The translations under genes were made by a program, and so were the position numbers. From NCBI GenBank assembly GCA_965227405.1, contig OZ245758.1, positions 1,385,693 to 1,449,692 on the forward strand: 64,000 nt of DNA, read 5' to 3'. The stretch is from Polyangiales bacterium (GTDB lineage Bacteria > Myxococcota_A > Polyangia > Polyangiales > Houyiibacteriaceae). Under the pieces are notes generated by a model, which was not told where the DNA came from, made no database searches, and saw only the letters and a list, made by a program, of their open reading frames with translations. Of the stretch, positions 10,027 to 18,497 are shown one piece after another; the stretch's first letter is position 1, and each line of letters opens with the position of its first letter.

Positions 10027-10818
10027 ATGTATCCTGGGGGGCCGATGGCGGAGCAGCAGAACTTTCTCAGTTGGTTGCAGAGCCTCGACCGTCCTCGCCC
10101 AGGATTCCGACGAACACGACGTCCGTCGCAGATTCCGAGCGTGCTTTCCGCAGGCCATATTCGTGTGGTCTATCAACCCATCGTCAAGCTGCGGGGACGG
10201 GGAATCTTCGCGTATGAGGCGCTGGTCCGAAGCGACTCTCCCCATTTTGAGAGTCCACCTGCGCTCTTCACCGCAGCGATTCGCGGCCAGTGTTGCGGCG
10301 CGCTCGGACGCGTGATTCGAGAGATCGCGACATCCAACTGTCCGGATTATCCGCTCTTCATCAACATCCATCCCAACGAATTTGATGAAGCGTGGTTGGT
10401 GCAGCCCGACGATCCGATTTTCGAGCACTACCACAACATCTACCTCGAGATTACCGAGTCGGTTCCGCTGAGCCACTTCGCGTTGTGCCACTCCGTGTTG
10501 CGCGAGATTCGTGGCAAGGGTGTGCACGTCGCCATCGATGATCTTGGCGCCGGGTACTCGAATCTGAAGTACATCGCCGACCTCGAACCCGACGTGGTTA
10601 AACTCGATCGAAGTTTGGTGGCTAACGTGCACCGCGAGAAGCGTCTCCAGATGCTGGTGCGTCATATGGTGCGCTTGTGCGATGACCTCGGCGCAATGGT
10701 CGTCGCGGAGGGCGTGGAGAACGGCGATGAACTCGCGGCCGTGATCGACTGCGGTGCGCATCTCGGACAGGGCTACTACTTCGCAAAGCCCAGCTTTCCA
10801 CCACCCATGCCCAAGTGA
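10027..10818 (+). CDS. standalone EAL-domain c-di-GMP phosphodiesterase (all catalytic residues present)
   Basis: YEALVR (EAL motif), NIHPNE, YLEITES, AIDDLGAGYSN, VKLDRSLV, VVAEGVEN, GAHLGQGYYF. An alternative Met lies at 10045. Confidence 0.85.
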   Translation: MYPGGPMAEQQNFLSWLQSLDRPRPGFRRTRRPSQIPSVLSAGHIRVVYQPIVKLRGRGIFAYEALVRSDSPHFESPPALFTAAIRGQCCGALGRVIREIATSNCPDYPLFINIHPNEFDEAWLVQPDDPIFEHYHNIYLEITESVPLSHFALCHSVLREIRGKGVHVAIDDLGAGYSNLKYIADLEPDVVKLDRSLVANVHREKRLQMLVRHMVRLCDDLGAMVVAEGVENGDELAAVIDCGAHLGQGYYFAKPSFPPPMPK

Positions 10819-11012
10819 TGGACGTTCCGGACGAAGTTCTGGAGAAAGCCTGCAAGGCGCGACGAATTCGCGGTGACGACAGGTTTCTTGTTCTGGCGTT
10901 GCTGGAGCGCCCCGAAAGCGCATGGCCGGGCTGTTGTGGCAGCGGTTGCGAACCATGCATGGAAGACATCATGAGCGCCGCGCGCGAGATTCGTGAGCAA
11001 TGCGGTTCGTAG
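10815..11012 (+). CDS. small Cys-rich protein with CCxSGCxxC motif (Oxidored-like / OXLD-type domain), translationally coupled to the EAL gene
   Basis: The ATG at 10815 overlaps the EAL TGA stop (ATGA). The motif PGCCGSGCEPCM matches the CCxSGCxxC signature of oxidoreductase-like N-terminal domains. Confidence 0.5.
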   Translation: MMDVPDEVLEKACKARRIRGDDRFLVLALLERPESAWPGCCGSGCEPCMEDIMSAAREIREQCGS

Positions 11013-11554
11013 TCGTCTTGCTGCTGCTGTGGTCGTTGCCTGCCTATGCGGACGATGTGGACTCCGACGTGGAGGCACCTTCCGGACAGTCGATCGGACA
11101 ACCATTCACGGGTGAACGCGACGTACAGATGGAGATCTACGGCGGCGTCGGTTGGTACGGGCCGGGACTTAGCGTCGGTCTACGTCTGAACATTCCGCTG
11201 ATGGACAACGGGTTTGTCGACGAGATCAACAACGCGATCTTCGTCACCTTCGGGGCTGAGCTGTACTACGCGCGCTACACCGATAGCGGCCAGGATGAGC
11301 GCGGCATCGGTTTTGGTGTGCCCTTCGGGATGATGTGGGCGTTCTACTTCTCGGACGCGTGGTCCGCGTTTTTCGAAATCGGACTGAGCCTGTACTTCCC
11401 ACCCTCGTGGGTTGGCGGTGGCAGCTTCGTCGACGATGCCGGCGGCTGGGTCCTCGCTGGCGTGGGCGGACGTTGGCACTTCTCCGAACGCGGTGCACTG
11501 ACCGTCCGACTCGGAACGCCGTCGTCGAGCATCGGCTTGATGCTCAACTTCTGA
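11000..11554 (+). CDS. hypothetical secreted protein, probable small outer-membrane beta-barrel
   Basis: Signal peptide MRFVVVLLLLWSLPAYA. Alternating aromatic/Gly-rich beta-strand-like segments. C-terminal residue F. Resembles the ORF at 51138-51665. Confidence 0.5.
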   Translation: MRFVVVLLLLWSLPAYADDVDSDVEAPSGQSIGQPFTGERDVQMEIYGGVGWYGPGLSVGLRLNIPLMDNGFVDEINNAIFVTFGAELYYARYTDSGQDERGIGFGVPFGMMWAFYFSDAWSAFFEIGLSLYFPPSWVGGGSFVDDAGGWVLAGVGGRWHFSERGALTVRLGTPSSSIGLMLNF

Positions 11555-11576
11555 CTCTGTTGCTTGCTTTCGCGGC

Positions 11577-13421
11577 TCAGCCGACCGGATTCACGAGCAC
11601 TTGCGCGCCCTGCGAACCGGTCACCTCGGCAATGCCGGTGACCTTGGGACCGTCTGCGCTCTTGGACACGTGCACGATCACCTGAACCGCGCGTGCCACA
11701 AGCGTGGCTGAAGTCTCAGGCGAGTGGCCGGAGAGCGTCGCCAAGAAGACCAAGGGGAAACCGGGGTCCTGCGTAGGCGCGGAGTTTGCGCCAAGGAAGC
11801 CGCCACCACCGTGGGAAGCCAGCGCTGCGAGAACATCAAACGCCGAAGCGTCTGCGACACCATCGACGAAGAGGTGGTCCACGCGCATGCGCGCGGCTTG
11901 GAGCGCCACCTGACCCACCGACACGCCGTTCGTCCCACCGCTGAGGTGCATGACGTGCGGCAGATCCAGCGTTGCGGTCGCACCACGACTCACGGCTGCA
12001 ACGCGATCACTCGGGTCGAGCAAACTGGCTAGCGACGCGATCAGCTCAGACACCTCCGAACCTTGCGGTCCGACGACCGCGATCGTCTTGTTGTTGGCAA
12101 CAGCCGCGCGCAACACCTGTGCACCGTCGCTCGAGAGCACGCCTCGGGCCACGAACGCATCGATGTTGGGTCCACCGCCACGACGAATCTCAACGATCGG
12201 TCCACCGACAGCAATGGGAGGCAGCATCGCGCTGACCTGACCACCTTGCGGCAACACGCCCTGAAGCATCGCGCCCTTGGGCGACGTGGGACCACGCGAG
12301 CAAAGACGACGCGCGATCACGCTGAGCATCGCAGCCGATGAGAAGTTGGCTTCGGAAGGCACGAGTCCTGCGCCCTTGTCGACGAGAACTTTCGATGGAC
12401 CTTCGACGACGATCTCCTTGATCGACGAGTCGCCGAGCAACGCTTCGAACGCACCCAAGCCCACGGCTTCGCGAAGTGCCGCCGCAGCAAGGTTGGCGTC
12501 GTTGGCATCGACTGCGCCGCCCTTGCCGAGCTCACGCATCACCTCCGCGATTGCTTTCTTCGCCGCGGATTGGCGGGTTTGATCCTGCACGCCGAGCGCG
12601 CTTCCGTCCTCGAGTCCGGGGAACGCGCTCTTCAACGCACCCATGACCGCAGGCAATCCCGTCGGTCCAGGAGCCACGGCGGGCGCAGGCTGCGGTTGTG
12701 CAGGCGAAGGCGATGGCGCGGGTGCACCGCTTCCGACAGAAGGTCGCGGCGCACGCGTCGGCGGCTCAGGCTCACGATCAAGCTGGAACTGATCCTGCGC
12801 TGGCGTAGGTTGAGGTGCGGGCTGCGCTGGCACCGCGGTAGGAGCCGGCGCAGGTTGCGGCTGTGGCGCGGGTTGCGGCGCGGCTTGAGGCTGCGGCGCA
12901 GAAGGAGGCGGACCGATGGGCTGCGGCGCCGGTTGCGGAGCAGCTTGCGGCGGCGGTGCGGCTTGAGGCGGCGGCGCAGCTGCAGGAGGCGGTCCGATCG
13001 GTGCGGGCGCTGCAGGTGCAGGTGCAGAAACCGCAGGTGCAGGCGCAGAAGGAGCAGGCGGAGGACTCGAACGCAGAGGCGGCGGACCAGGCCGCGGCGG
13101 TGCAGCCGCAGCATCCGGGTACGCAGCAGCACCCAAGTCCTCGACGGTCAGAATGAAGTCGCCGATGTAAACCTTGTCACCCGGCTTCACGACGAGCGGC
13201 GAGGTGATCTTGCGTCCGTTGACGTAGGTGCCGTTCGTGCTCTTCAGGTCCACCACAATGAAGCGGCTATCCTTCAGAACGATCCGACTGTGACGCTTGG
13301 AGACGTTTCCCTTCGGGAGAATGATGTCGTTGCCTTGAACGCGGCCAATTGTGACCTCGCTCTTGTCAAACTCCATCCGTCGTTGGGCCCCGCCCTTTTC
13401 GGTGATCACCACTGCGAACAT
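11577..13421 (-). CDS. FHA-domain protein fused to a degenerate CpaF/TadA (VirB11-like) secretion-ATPase domain (predicted pseudo-ATPase), with Pro/Ala/Gln-rich linker
   Basis: N-terminal FHA: TIGRVQGNDIILPKGNVSKRHSRIVL...STNGTYVNG. The C-terminal ~330 aa align to CpaF-like ATPases (SIKEIVVEGPSKVLVDKGAG...; MLPPIAVGGPIVEIRR). The Walker A position reads VVGPQGSEVS instead of GxxGxGKT. The Walker B/Glu box reads HLFVDGVAD. The His box reads HGGGGFLGANSA. Confidence 0.8.
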   Translation of the reverse strand: MFAVVITEKGGAQRRMEFDKSEVTIGRVQGNDIILPKGNVSKRHSRIVLKDSRFIVVDLKSTNGTYVNGRKITSPLVVKPGDKVYIGDFILTVEDLGAAAYPDAAAAPPRPGPPPLRSSPPPAPSAPAPAVSAPAPAAPAPIGPPPAAAPPPQAAPPPQAAPQPAPQPIGPPPSAPQPQAAPQPAPQPQPAPAPTAVPAQPAPQPTPAQDQFQLDREPEPPTRAPRPSVGSGAPAPSPSPAQPQPAPAVAPGPTGLPAVMGALKSAFPGLEDGSALGVQDQTRQSAAKKAIAEVMRELGKGGAVDANDANLAAAALREAVGLGAFEALLGDSSIKEIVVEGPSKVLVDKGAGLVPSEANFSSAAMLSVIARRLCSRGPTSPKGAMLQGVLPQGGQVSAMLPPIAVGGPIVEIRRGGGPNIDAFVARGVLSSDGAQVLRAAVANNKTIAVVGPQGSEVSELIASLASLLDPSDRVAAVSRGATATLDLPHVMHLSGGTNGVSVGQVALQAARMRVDHLFVDGVADASAFDVLAALASHGGGGFLGANSAPTQDPGFPLVFLATLSGHSPETSATLVARAVQVIVHVSKSADGPKVTGIAEVTGSQGAQVLVNPVG

Positions 13422-13551
13422 GTTCGTCAGACCTCATGGCTCGGACGCCCGAGCGTGGGGAGCGATTGAACGATCTCAGTGAGGCTGTAGTCAAGCCATC
13501 GGCGCGAATTGACGGGAGAATTCTCGCTTCTTCGGAGTCTTTTCCAGGGGC

Positions 13552-16386
13552 TTACTCGACCAGCCGAAGCCCGGGCGGGAGGCTGTCGCCGAAAATTCGG
13601 CGTTCATCGGCCTCGCTCAGCACCTGAACCGAGCGAACCATCTCGACCCAGGTGTCTGGATGTCCTGCATGGGCCAGGCGATCGGCAACCTGGCCCCGTA
13701 GACCTTCGTCGAGATCCCGCTCTCGATCACCACTACACCGAGCGAGCAGAGTTGCGGCAAACGCGGCTGGTGCGGCATCGCGCCAATCGAACGTGAGGGC
13801 GAGTTCCAGCCACTGGACAGCCACGTGACGCGGCACCACCCGGTGTGCACTTCCGTAGAAAGGCACACGCGCGCCAAGCCGTCCCACAGCCCACCACGAC
13901 TGCACGTTCTCGTCGTGCTTGTCGAGACGCGTAACCAACCACCCACCAACCTGCGCCTTGCGATCAGGTTCCAGGTGTTCGAGTGCACCCGCGAGACGAA
14001 CCATGGCGTCGTACCCCTGCATCTTGGGACCTGCGGGACGCTTGCGCGGCTTCTTCGTCGGAGGGTGAAGGTAGTACTCGAGCTGCGCCATCAGCGAACT
14101 CTGACTCTTGGGTGTGAGTCCGCCTGCGATGCGGCGCCACATCGTCCAGAACTCCGACCAGTTCTGAGCCTCGGGCGCAAACTGTACGCCGCCCTTCATG
14201 ACCCCTTCGACGATCTGCTTGGTGCGCCACTCGTCCAGTGGATATCCAAACCCAGGTCGCAGCGTGTAGCCGACCAAGTTGAACCAGACGCGTTCGTGAT
14301 CTGCAGACCGTCGCCGACGCTTCATTCCGGCGTGCAGTGCACCAAAGAGTTCGCGCAGCAGAGGCGTTTGCCAACCGTCACGCGGTCCGAGCACCTTTTC
14401 GATGTCAGGCCGCAGTCGTTTCACGTCGCGTTGAGAGATGTCGTTTTTGCCTTTGCTCTTGCCGTAGACCAGCTTCACGCGATCGGTCGCTTCGGCAAAG
14501 CGCGGGTGCAACTGTGTGACGCGTTGAGCCGCAACAGCGTCTGCCGACTTGCCCCGCAGCTGGAGCTCCAACTTCCAGCGTTGCTGCGACTGTTCGGCGT
14601 GCACGCAACTCATCTCGAGCGTGCCCACTTCCGTGAGTGCGCTCGAAAGCGTCACGGGCACTTCTTTTTCGTCGGACGAGTCGCTGCTCGCATCGTCGAG
14701 AACCGCCGCGATCGGCGGAAGATCCCGATAGCGTTCCGCGTCTTCGACTTCGACGATTTCGCCGGGTCGCACATGCTTCACATCGCTGGTTGTGGCCACG
14801 AGGTGAAAGCGAACGGGGCGACCGAGGCGCAACGAGAACGTGCGATCTTTGAGCGGGATCTCTTCCCCTTCTTCGGAGCCGCGCGGAAGAATGCAAACAC
14901 CGCGTCGTTGTGAGGGCACGAGCGATTGACCGCGTGGTTTCTCGCCAGCGTCGACGATCAAATAGTAGCTGCGTGCCGATCCACCGCCGATGCGCAGACC
15001 CAATCCACGTCGAGCAAGACCGTACGCGACCGCGCCCTTCGCAACAGCTTGATCGGGGGCATCGTTGTCCAAGCGTCGGACTTCCGCACCACGCCACCCC
15101 GTCATGACCGAGCGCATACGTTCGCGAAGCAACGCGCTGTTGAACACACCACCGTTGAACAGGACAGCATCGGGAATGTCGCCTGCGATGCCTTCACCAC
15201 GTTCGTCTTGGGTTCCCAGAGCTTCGCGACACAAGTCGGTGTGACTCGCCAGAAACGCCGCGACATGTCGCGAGACTCCGGCATCGGCCACGTAGGGAAG
15301 TCCGAACTCCACGATGCCGCTTCTTCGCCGTTGGGGTGTGGCGTCGGCTCCGACTTCGGGAAAGAACCCTTCGAGCACCAGCTTGTGCACCGCGTCGCGT
15401 TTGACCGAAACCGATTGTGAGCCGCCAATGAGTTTGGATCCCGCGCCGAGAACTGTGACCCGGACTTCGTCGGGTGCGTCGGGTGCGAGCAGGCGTTCTT
15501 TGGCTTGACGACACTGTTGAACCAGCTGTGTGAACCGGGCTGCGCCCAAGTTCTTTCCGAGTTCTTGCTCTGCGGTTTTGGCGAGCGCGAGATCCATGTT
15601 GTCGCCGCCGAGCATCAAGTGATCGCCAACCGCGATGCGAGTGATGCGCGGACCGCTTTCGCGTAGTTCGATCTTGATCAGCGTGAGGTCGGTGGTACCG
15701 CCGCCAACATCGACCACGAGTGCGAGTCGAACGCTTCCGAGAGCGTGGTCGAGTTCGTCACGGTTGCGATCGAGCCACGCGTAGAATGCAGCTTGGGGTT
15801 CTTCGACCAGGCGGACTTTGAGCCCAGCGTCTTTGGCTGCGCGAAGCGTGAGACCTCGAGCCGCTTCGTCGAACGATGCAGGAACTGTCAGCACCACGTC
15901 TTGCGTGGACATCGGGTTGTCGGGGAAGCGTGCGTCCCATGCGGCGCGGACGTGCGCGAGGTAGGAGGCGGACGCGTCGACCGGCGACACCTTTTCGACT
16001 TCGTCGGGAGCGCCCCAGGGGAGGATGTTGGCCGTTCGATCGACCGCGCCGTGACTGAGCCAACTCTTGGCGGACGCCACCAGCCGCCCGGGTGTTTTGG
16101 TGCCCAGTTCGAGCGCGAGTTCACCGAGAACTGGCTGTCCTTCAGACGGCGCTGCCCATGGGAGCGCGAGCTGAGCGGGTGGGATTTCTCCGGGAGACGC
16201 GTGGTAGCGGACCGAAGGAAGCAGAGGTTTGGCCGCCACTTGGCCGGGCGCGATGAGCTGTTCGACCTCGAAGGATTGGATGTCGGGCGGCGCGTCAGGA
16301 GACGACGCCTTGGTGTCGGCGTAAGCGACCACGGTGTGGGTCGTGCCGAGATCGATGCCAACGAGGTAACGAGAGGCGACAGCCAT
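13552..16386 (-). CDS. atypical large Hsp70-family (DnaK-like actin-fold ATPase) protein with ~450-aa C-terminal extension
   Basis: Hsp70 motifs: VGIDLGTTHTVVAY, DVVLTVPASFDEAARGLT, LVEEPQAAFYAW, LVVDVGGGTTDLTLIKI. The C-terminal half has no recognized domain. Paralogous to the ORF at 21555-23366. Confidence 0.85.
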   Translation of the reverse strand: MAVASRYLVGIDLGTTHTVVAYADTKASSPDAPPDIQSFEVEQLIAPGQVAAKPLLPSVRYHASPGEIPPAQLALPWAAPSEGQPVLGELALELGTKTPGRLVASAKSWLSHGAVDRTANILPWGAPDEVEKVSPVDASASYLAHVRAAWDARFPDNPMSTQDVVLTVPASFDEAARGLTLRAAKDAGLKVRLVEEPQAAFYAWLDRNRDELDHALGSVRLALVVDVGGGTTDLTLIKIELRESGPRITRIAVGDHLMLGGDNMDLALAKTAEQELGKNLGAARFTQLVQQCRQAKERLLAPDAPDEVRVTVLGAGSKLIGGSQSVSVKRDAVHKLVLEGFFPEVGADATPQRRRSGIVEFGLPYVADAGVSRHVAAFLASHTDLCREALGTQDERGEGIAGDIPDAVLFNGGVFNSALLRERMRSVMTGWRGAEVRRLDNDAPDQAVAKGAVAYGLARRGLGLRIGGGSARSYYLIVDAGEKPRGQSLVPSQRRGVCILPRGSEEGEEIPLKDRTFSLRLGRPVRFHLVATTSDVKHVRPGEIVEVEDAERYRDLPPIAAVLDDASSDSSDEKEVPVTLSSALTEVGTLEMSCVHAEQSQQRWKLELQLRGKSADAVAAQRVTQLHPRFAEATDRVKLVYGKSKGKNDISQRDVKRLRPDIEKVLGPRDGWQTPLLRELFGALHAGMKRRRRSADHERVWFNLVGYTLRPGFGYPLDEWRTKQIVEGVMKGGVQFAPEAQNWSEFWTMWRRIAGGLTPKSQSSLMAQLEYYLHPPTKKPRKRPAGPKMQGYDAMVRLAGALEHLEPDRKAQVGGWLVTRLDKHDENVQSWWAVGRLGARVPFYGSAHRVVPRHVAVQWLELALTFDWRDAAPAAFAATLLARCSGDRERDLDEGLRGQVADRLAHAGHPDTWVEMVRSVQVLSEADERRIFGDSLPPGLRLVE

Positions 16387-16486
16387 AGAAGCCGCTTACT
16401 CCTGTTTTCCGGGGACAGCCATCAGGCGCTCTACACTAACCTCTTCGCCGTTTCGGAGGACGCCCGTTTGCAGGATGCAGCCCAGC

Positions 16487-16573
16487 GGCGGCTGATGGCT
16501 GCAGGACACCCAGGAGGCGGCTGATGGCTGCTGGACACCCATCAGGCGGCTGATGGCTGCAGGACACCCATCA
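16487..16573. repeat. three tandem 29-bp direct repeats (GGCGGCTGATGGCTGCAGGACACCCAKSA) in the intergenic region upstream of the large Hsp70 gene
   Basis: Copies sit at 16487-16515, 16516-16544 and 16545-16573 with 1-3 mismatches. A partial inverted copy (CAGCCATCAGGCG) lies at about 16413-16428. Confidence 0.9.
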
Positions 16574-16636
16574 AGCCCAAGCAGTCACTCAGGCGGGACC
16601 AGCCACCTCGAATATGACGGACGCGCCGTTTGGCAG

Positions 16637-16888
16637 CTATTCCTCTTCAGAAGACGGTGTATTCGGCGTCAACCCGGCTGACGCGGGGCCCTTCGCCAAA
16701 ACCTCACGCAGCAACTCATTGAGCTCTGCCAGGAGCTCGTTCTGTTTCTTGGCCGTTTTGACCTGTTGACGCATCAGCTTCATCGCAGTGTCTTGTTTCC
16801 GAGACAGGGTGCGGATGCGAAGCATCGCGAACGTTGCAACGAGCGCCAGGAGGATCGCCCCCACAGAAAGAATCGCCTGGTTCTCCAT
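16637..16888 (-). CDS. possible small membrane protein (one TM helix plus amphipathic coiled-coil tail)
   Basis: MLGAMENQAILSVGAILLALVATFAML followed by KLMRQQVKTAKKQNELLAELNELLREVL. The start overlaps the CrtI-like ORF start at a CCATGG palindrome. Existence uncertain. Confidence 0.3.
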   Translation of the reverse strand: MENQAILSVGAILLALVATFAMLRIRTLSRKQDTAMKLMRQQVKTAKKQNELLAELNELLREVLAKGPASAGLTPNTPSSEEE

Positions 16889-18497
16889 GGCGCCGAGCAT
16901 ACTTGAAGCGCCCCTGGGTTGCCTCCAGAGTTCCAGGACACCCATCTTGATCTCATCGAAAACACACACGTTCTTGCCAACGGGCCGACTGATCCGTCCT
17001 GAAGACCGGCGCTCGGTTGCGCCGAACGCGCCACATGCAGTTGTCATCGGTGCTGGGTTCGGAGGGCTCGCCGCAGCAATCCGACTCAGCGTACGTGGCT
17101 ACCGTGTGACGGTTGTCGATAGATTGAGTCAGCCGGGTGGACGCGCTCGTGTACATCGAATCGACGGTTACACGTTCGACGCGGGGCCAACCTTGGTCAC
17201 CGCTCCATTTTTGTTCGAAGAACTCTGGGCACTGTGTGGCGAAGACCTGCACACGAGTGTGGATCTCCGACCAACCGAACCCTTCTACCGGATTCGATTC
17301 GACGACGGCGAGAGCTTCGAATACAGCGGCGACCTTGAGCGCATGCGAGCCGAGATCTCTCGCATTTCGCCACGCGATCTGGCGGGCTACGACGCATTTC
17401 TCGAGAAGAGCCGGGAAATCTACGAGGTCGGTTTTGAGCGACTCGGCCACACACCCTTCGGTCGACTGACTGATATGGCGCGAGTCGCTCCGGCGATGAT
17501 CTCGCTGGACAGCCATCTTTCGGTGCACCAACTGGTCGCACGATACATCCGCAACGAAAAGTTGCGGCAGGTTCTGAGTTTTCACCCGCTTTTGGTCGGT
17601 GGGAATCCGTACCAAACGACCAGTATTTATACGTTGATTGCCTATCTTGAACGTCGATGGGGAGTTTGGTTTCCCATGGGCGGTACGGGGAAACTCGTCG
17701 ATGGGATGGTCGCGTTGTTGCGCCGTCGCGGCGTTCGATTTCTGCAGGACACCCATGTTTCCGAGGTCGTTATCGTCGATGGATCGGCAACGGGAATCCG
17801 TCTCGAAGATGGGTCTGTCATCGACTCCGACATCGTGGTCAGCAACGCAGACTCCGCATGGATGTACCGGCATATGGTTCCATCGCAGTGGCGCAAACGC
17901 TGGACCAATCATCGCATCGACAACGCTGCGTACTCGATGAGCCTATTCGTCTGGTACTTCGGAACCTCGCATCAGTACGAAGATGTTGCGCACCACACGA
18001 TCATCCTTGGGCCCCGGTATCGCGGTTTGCTCAACGATATTTTCAAGCATCAACGGCTTCCTGACGACTTTAGCCTGTATCTGCACCGGCCAACTGCGAC
18101 CGACGCTTCGATGGCGCCACGTGGCTGCGATGCCTTTTACGTGCTCGCACCAGTCCCGCACCTCGATGCGTCCGTCGACTGGAACCAAGCGCAAGAACAC
18201 TACAGGACACGCATCGAACGGCATCTTGAAGCAACCGTGCTGCCGCGGTTGCGCTCACGTCTCACAGTCAGCAAATGCTTGAACCCCATCGGGTTTCGAG
18301 ATGACTACGCGTCGCTGAAAGGCGCGGCATTCGGTTTGCAACCTCAGTTGCTCCAGAGCGCTTACTTCCGTCCTCACAACCAGAGTGAGGACATCCAGAA
18401 TCTGTACCTGGTCGGGGCAGGCACCCATCCGGGAGCAGGGCTTCCCGGAGTCCTCAGCACCGCGCGAGTCCTCGATTCGATCGTGCCCGATCCGTAG
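16887..18497 (+). CDS. phytoene desaturase-family FAD-dependent oxidoreductase (CrtI/CrtD-like)
   Basis: Rossmann dinucleotide-binding motif VVIGAGFGGLAAAIRL...DRLSQPGGRA. The C-terminus GAGTHPGAGLPGVLSTARV is typical of the CrtI family. The true start may be the TTG at 16974. The ORF is open from 16788. Confidence 0.8.
   Translation: MAPSILEAPLGCLQSSRTPILISSKTHTFLPTGRLIRPEDRRSVAPNAPHAVVIGAGFGGLAAAIRLSVRGYRVTVVDRLSQPGGRARVHRIDGYTFDAGPTLVTAPFLFEELWALCGEDLHTSVDLRPTEPFYRIRFDDGESFEYSGDLERMRAEISRISPRDLAGYDAFLEKSREIYEVGFERLGHTPFGRLTDMARVAPAMISLDSHLSVHQLVARYIRNEKLRQVLSFHPLLVGGNPYQTTSIYTLIAYLERRWGVWFPMGGTGKLVDGMVALLRRRGVRFLQDTHVSEVVIVDGSATGIRLEDGSVIDSDIVVSNADSAWMYRHMVPSQWRKRWTNHRIDNAAYSMSLFVWYFGTSHQYEDVAHHTIILGPRYRGLLNDIFKHQRLPDDFSLYLHRPTATDASMAPRGCDAFYVLAPVPHLDASVDWNQAQEHYRTRIERHLEATVLPRLRSRLTVSKCLNPIGFRDDYASLKGAAFGLQPQLLQSAYFRPHNQSEDIQNLYLVGAGTHPGAGLPGVLSTARVLDSIVPDP

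Noticed and set aside
10024-10956. 310-aa minus-strand ORF
   Set aside because: Antisense to the EAL-domain gene; no motifs.
12570-13469. 299-aa Arg-rich + strand ORF (RRRRSCRRRSDRCGRCRCRC...)
   Set aside because: Mirror-image translation of the Pro/Ala/Gln repeat region of the FHA gene; low-complexity artefact.
16487-16573. Possible CRISPR array
   Set aside because: The 29-bp units are directly abutting with no spacers, and no cas genes are nearby. Tandem repeat, not CRISPR.
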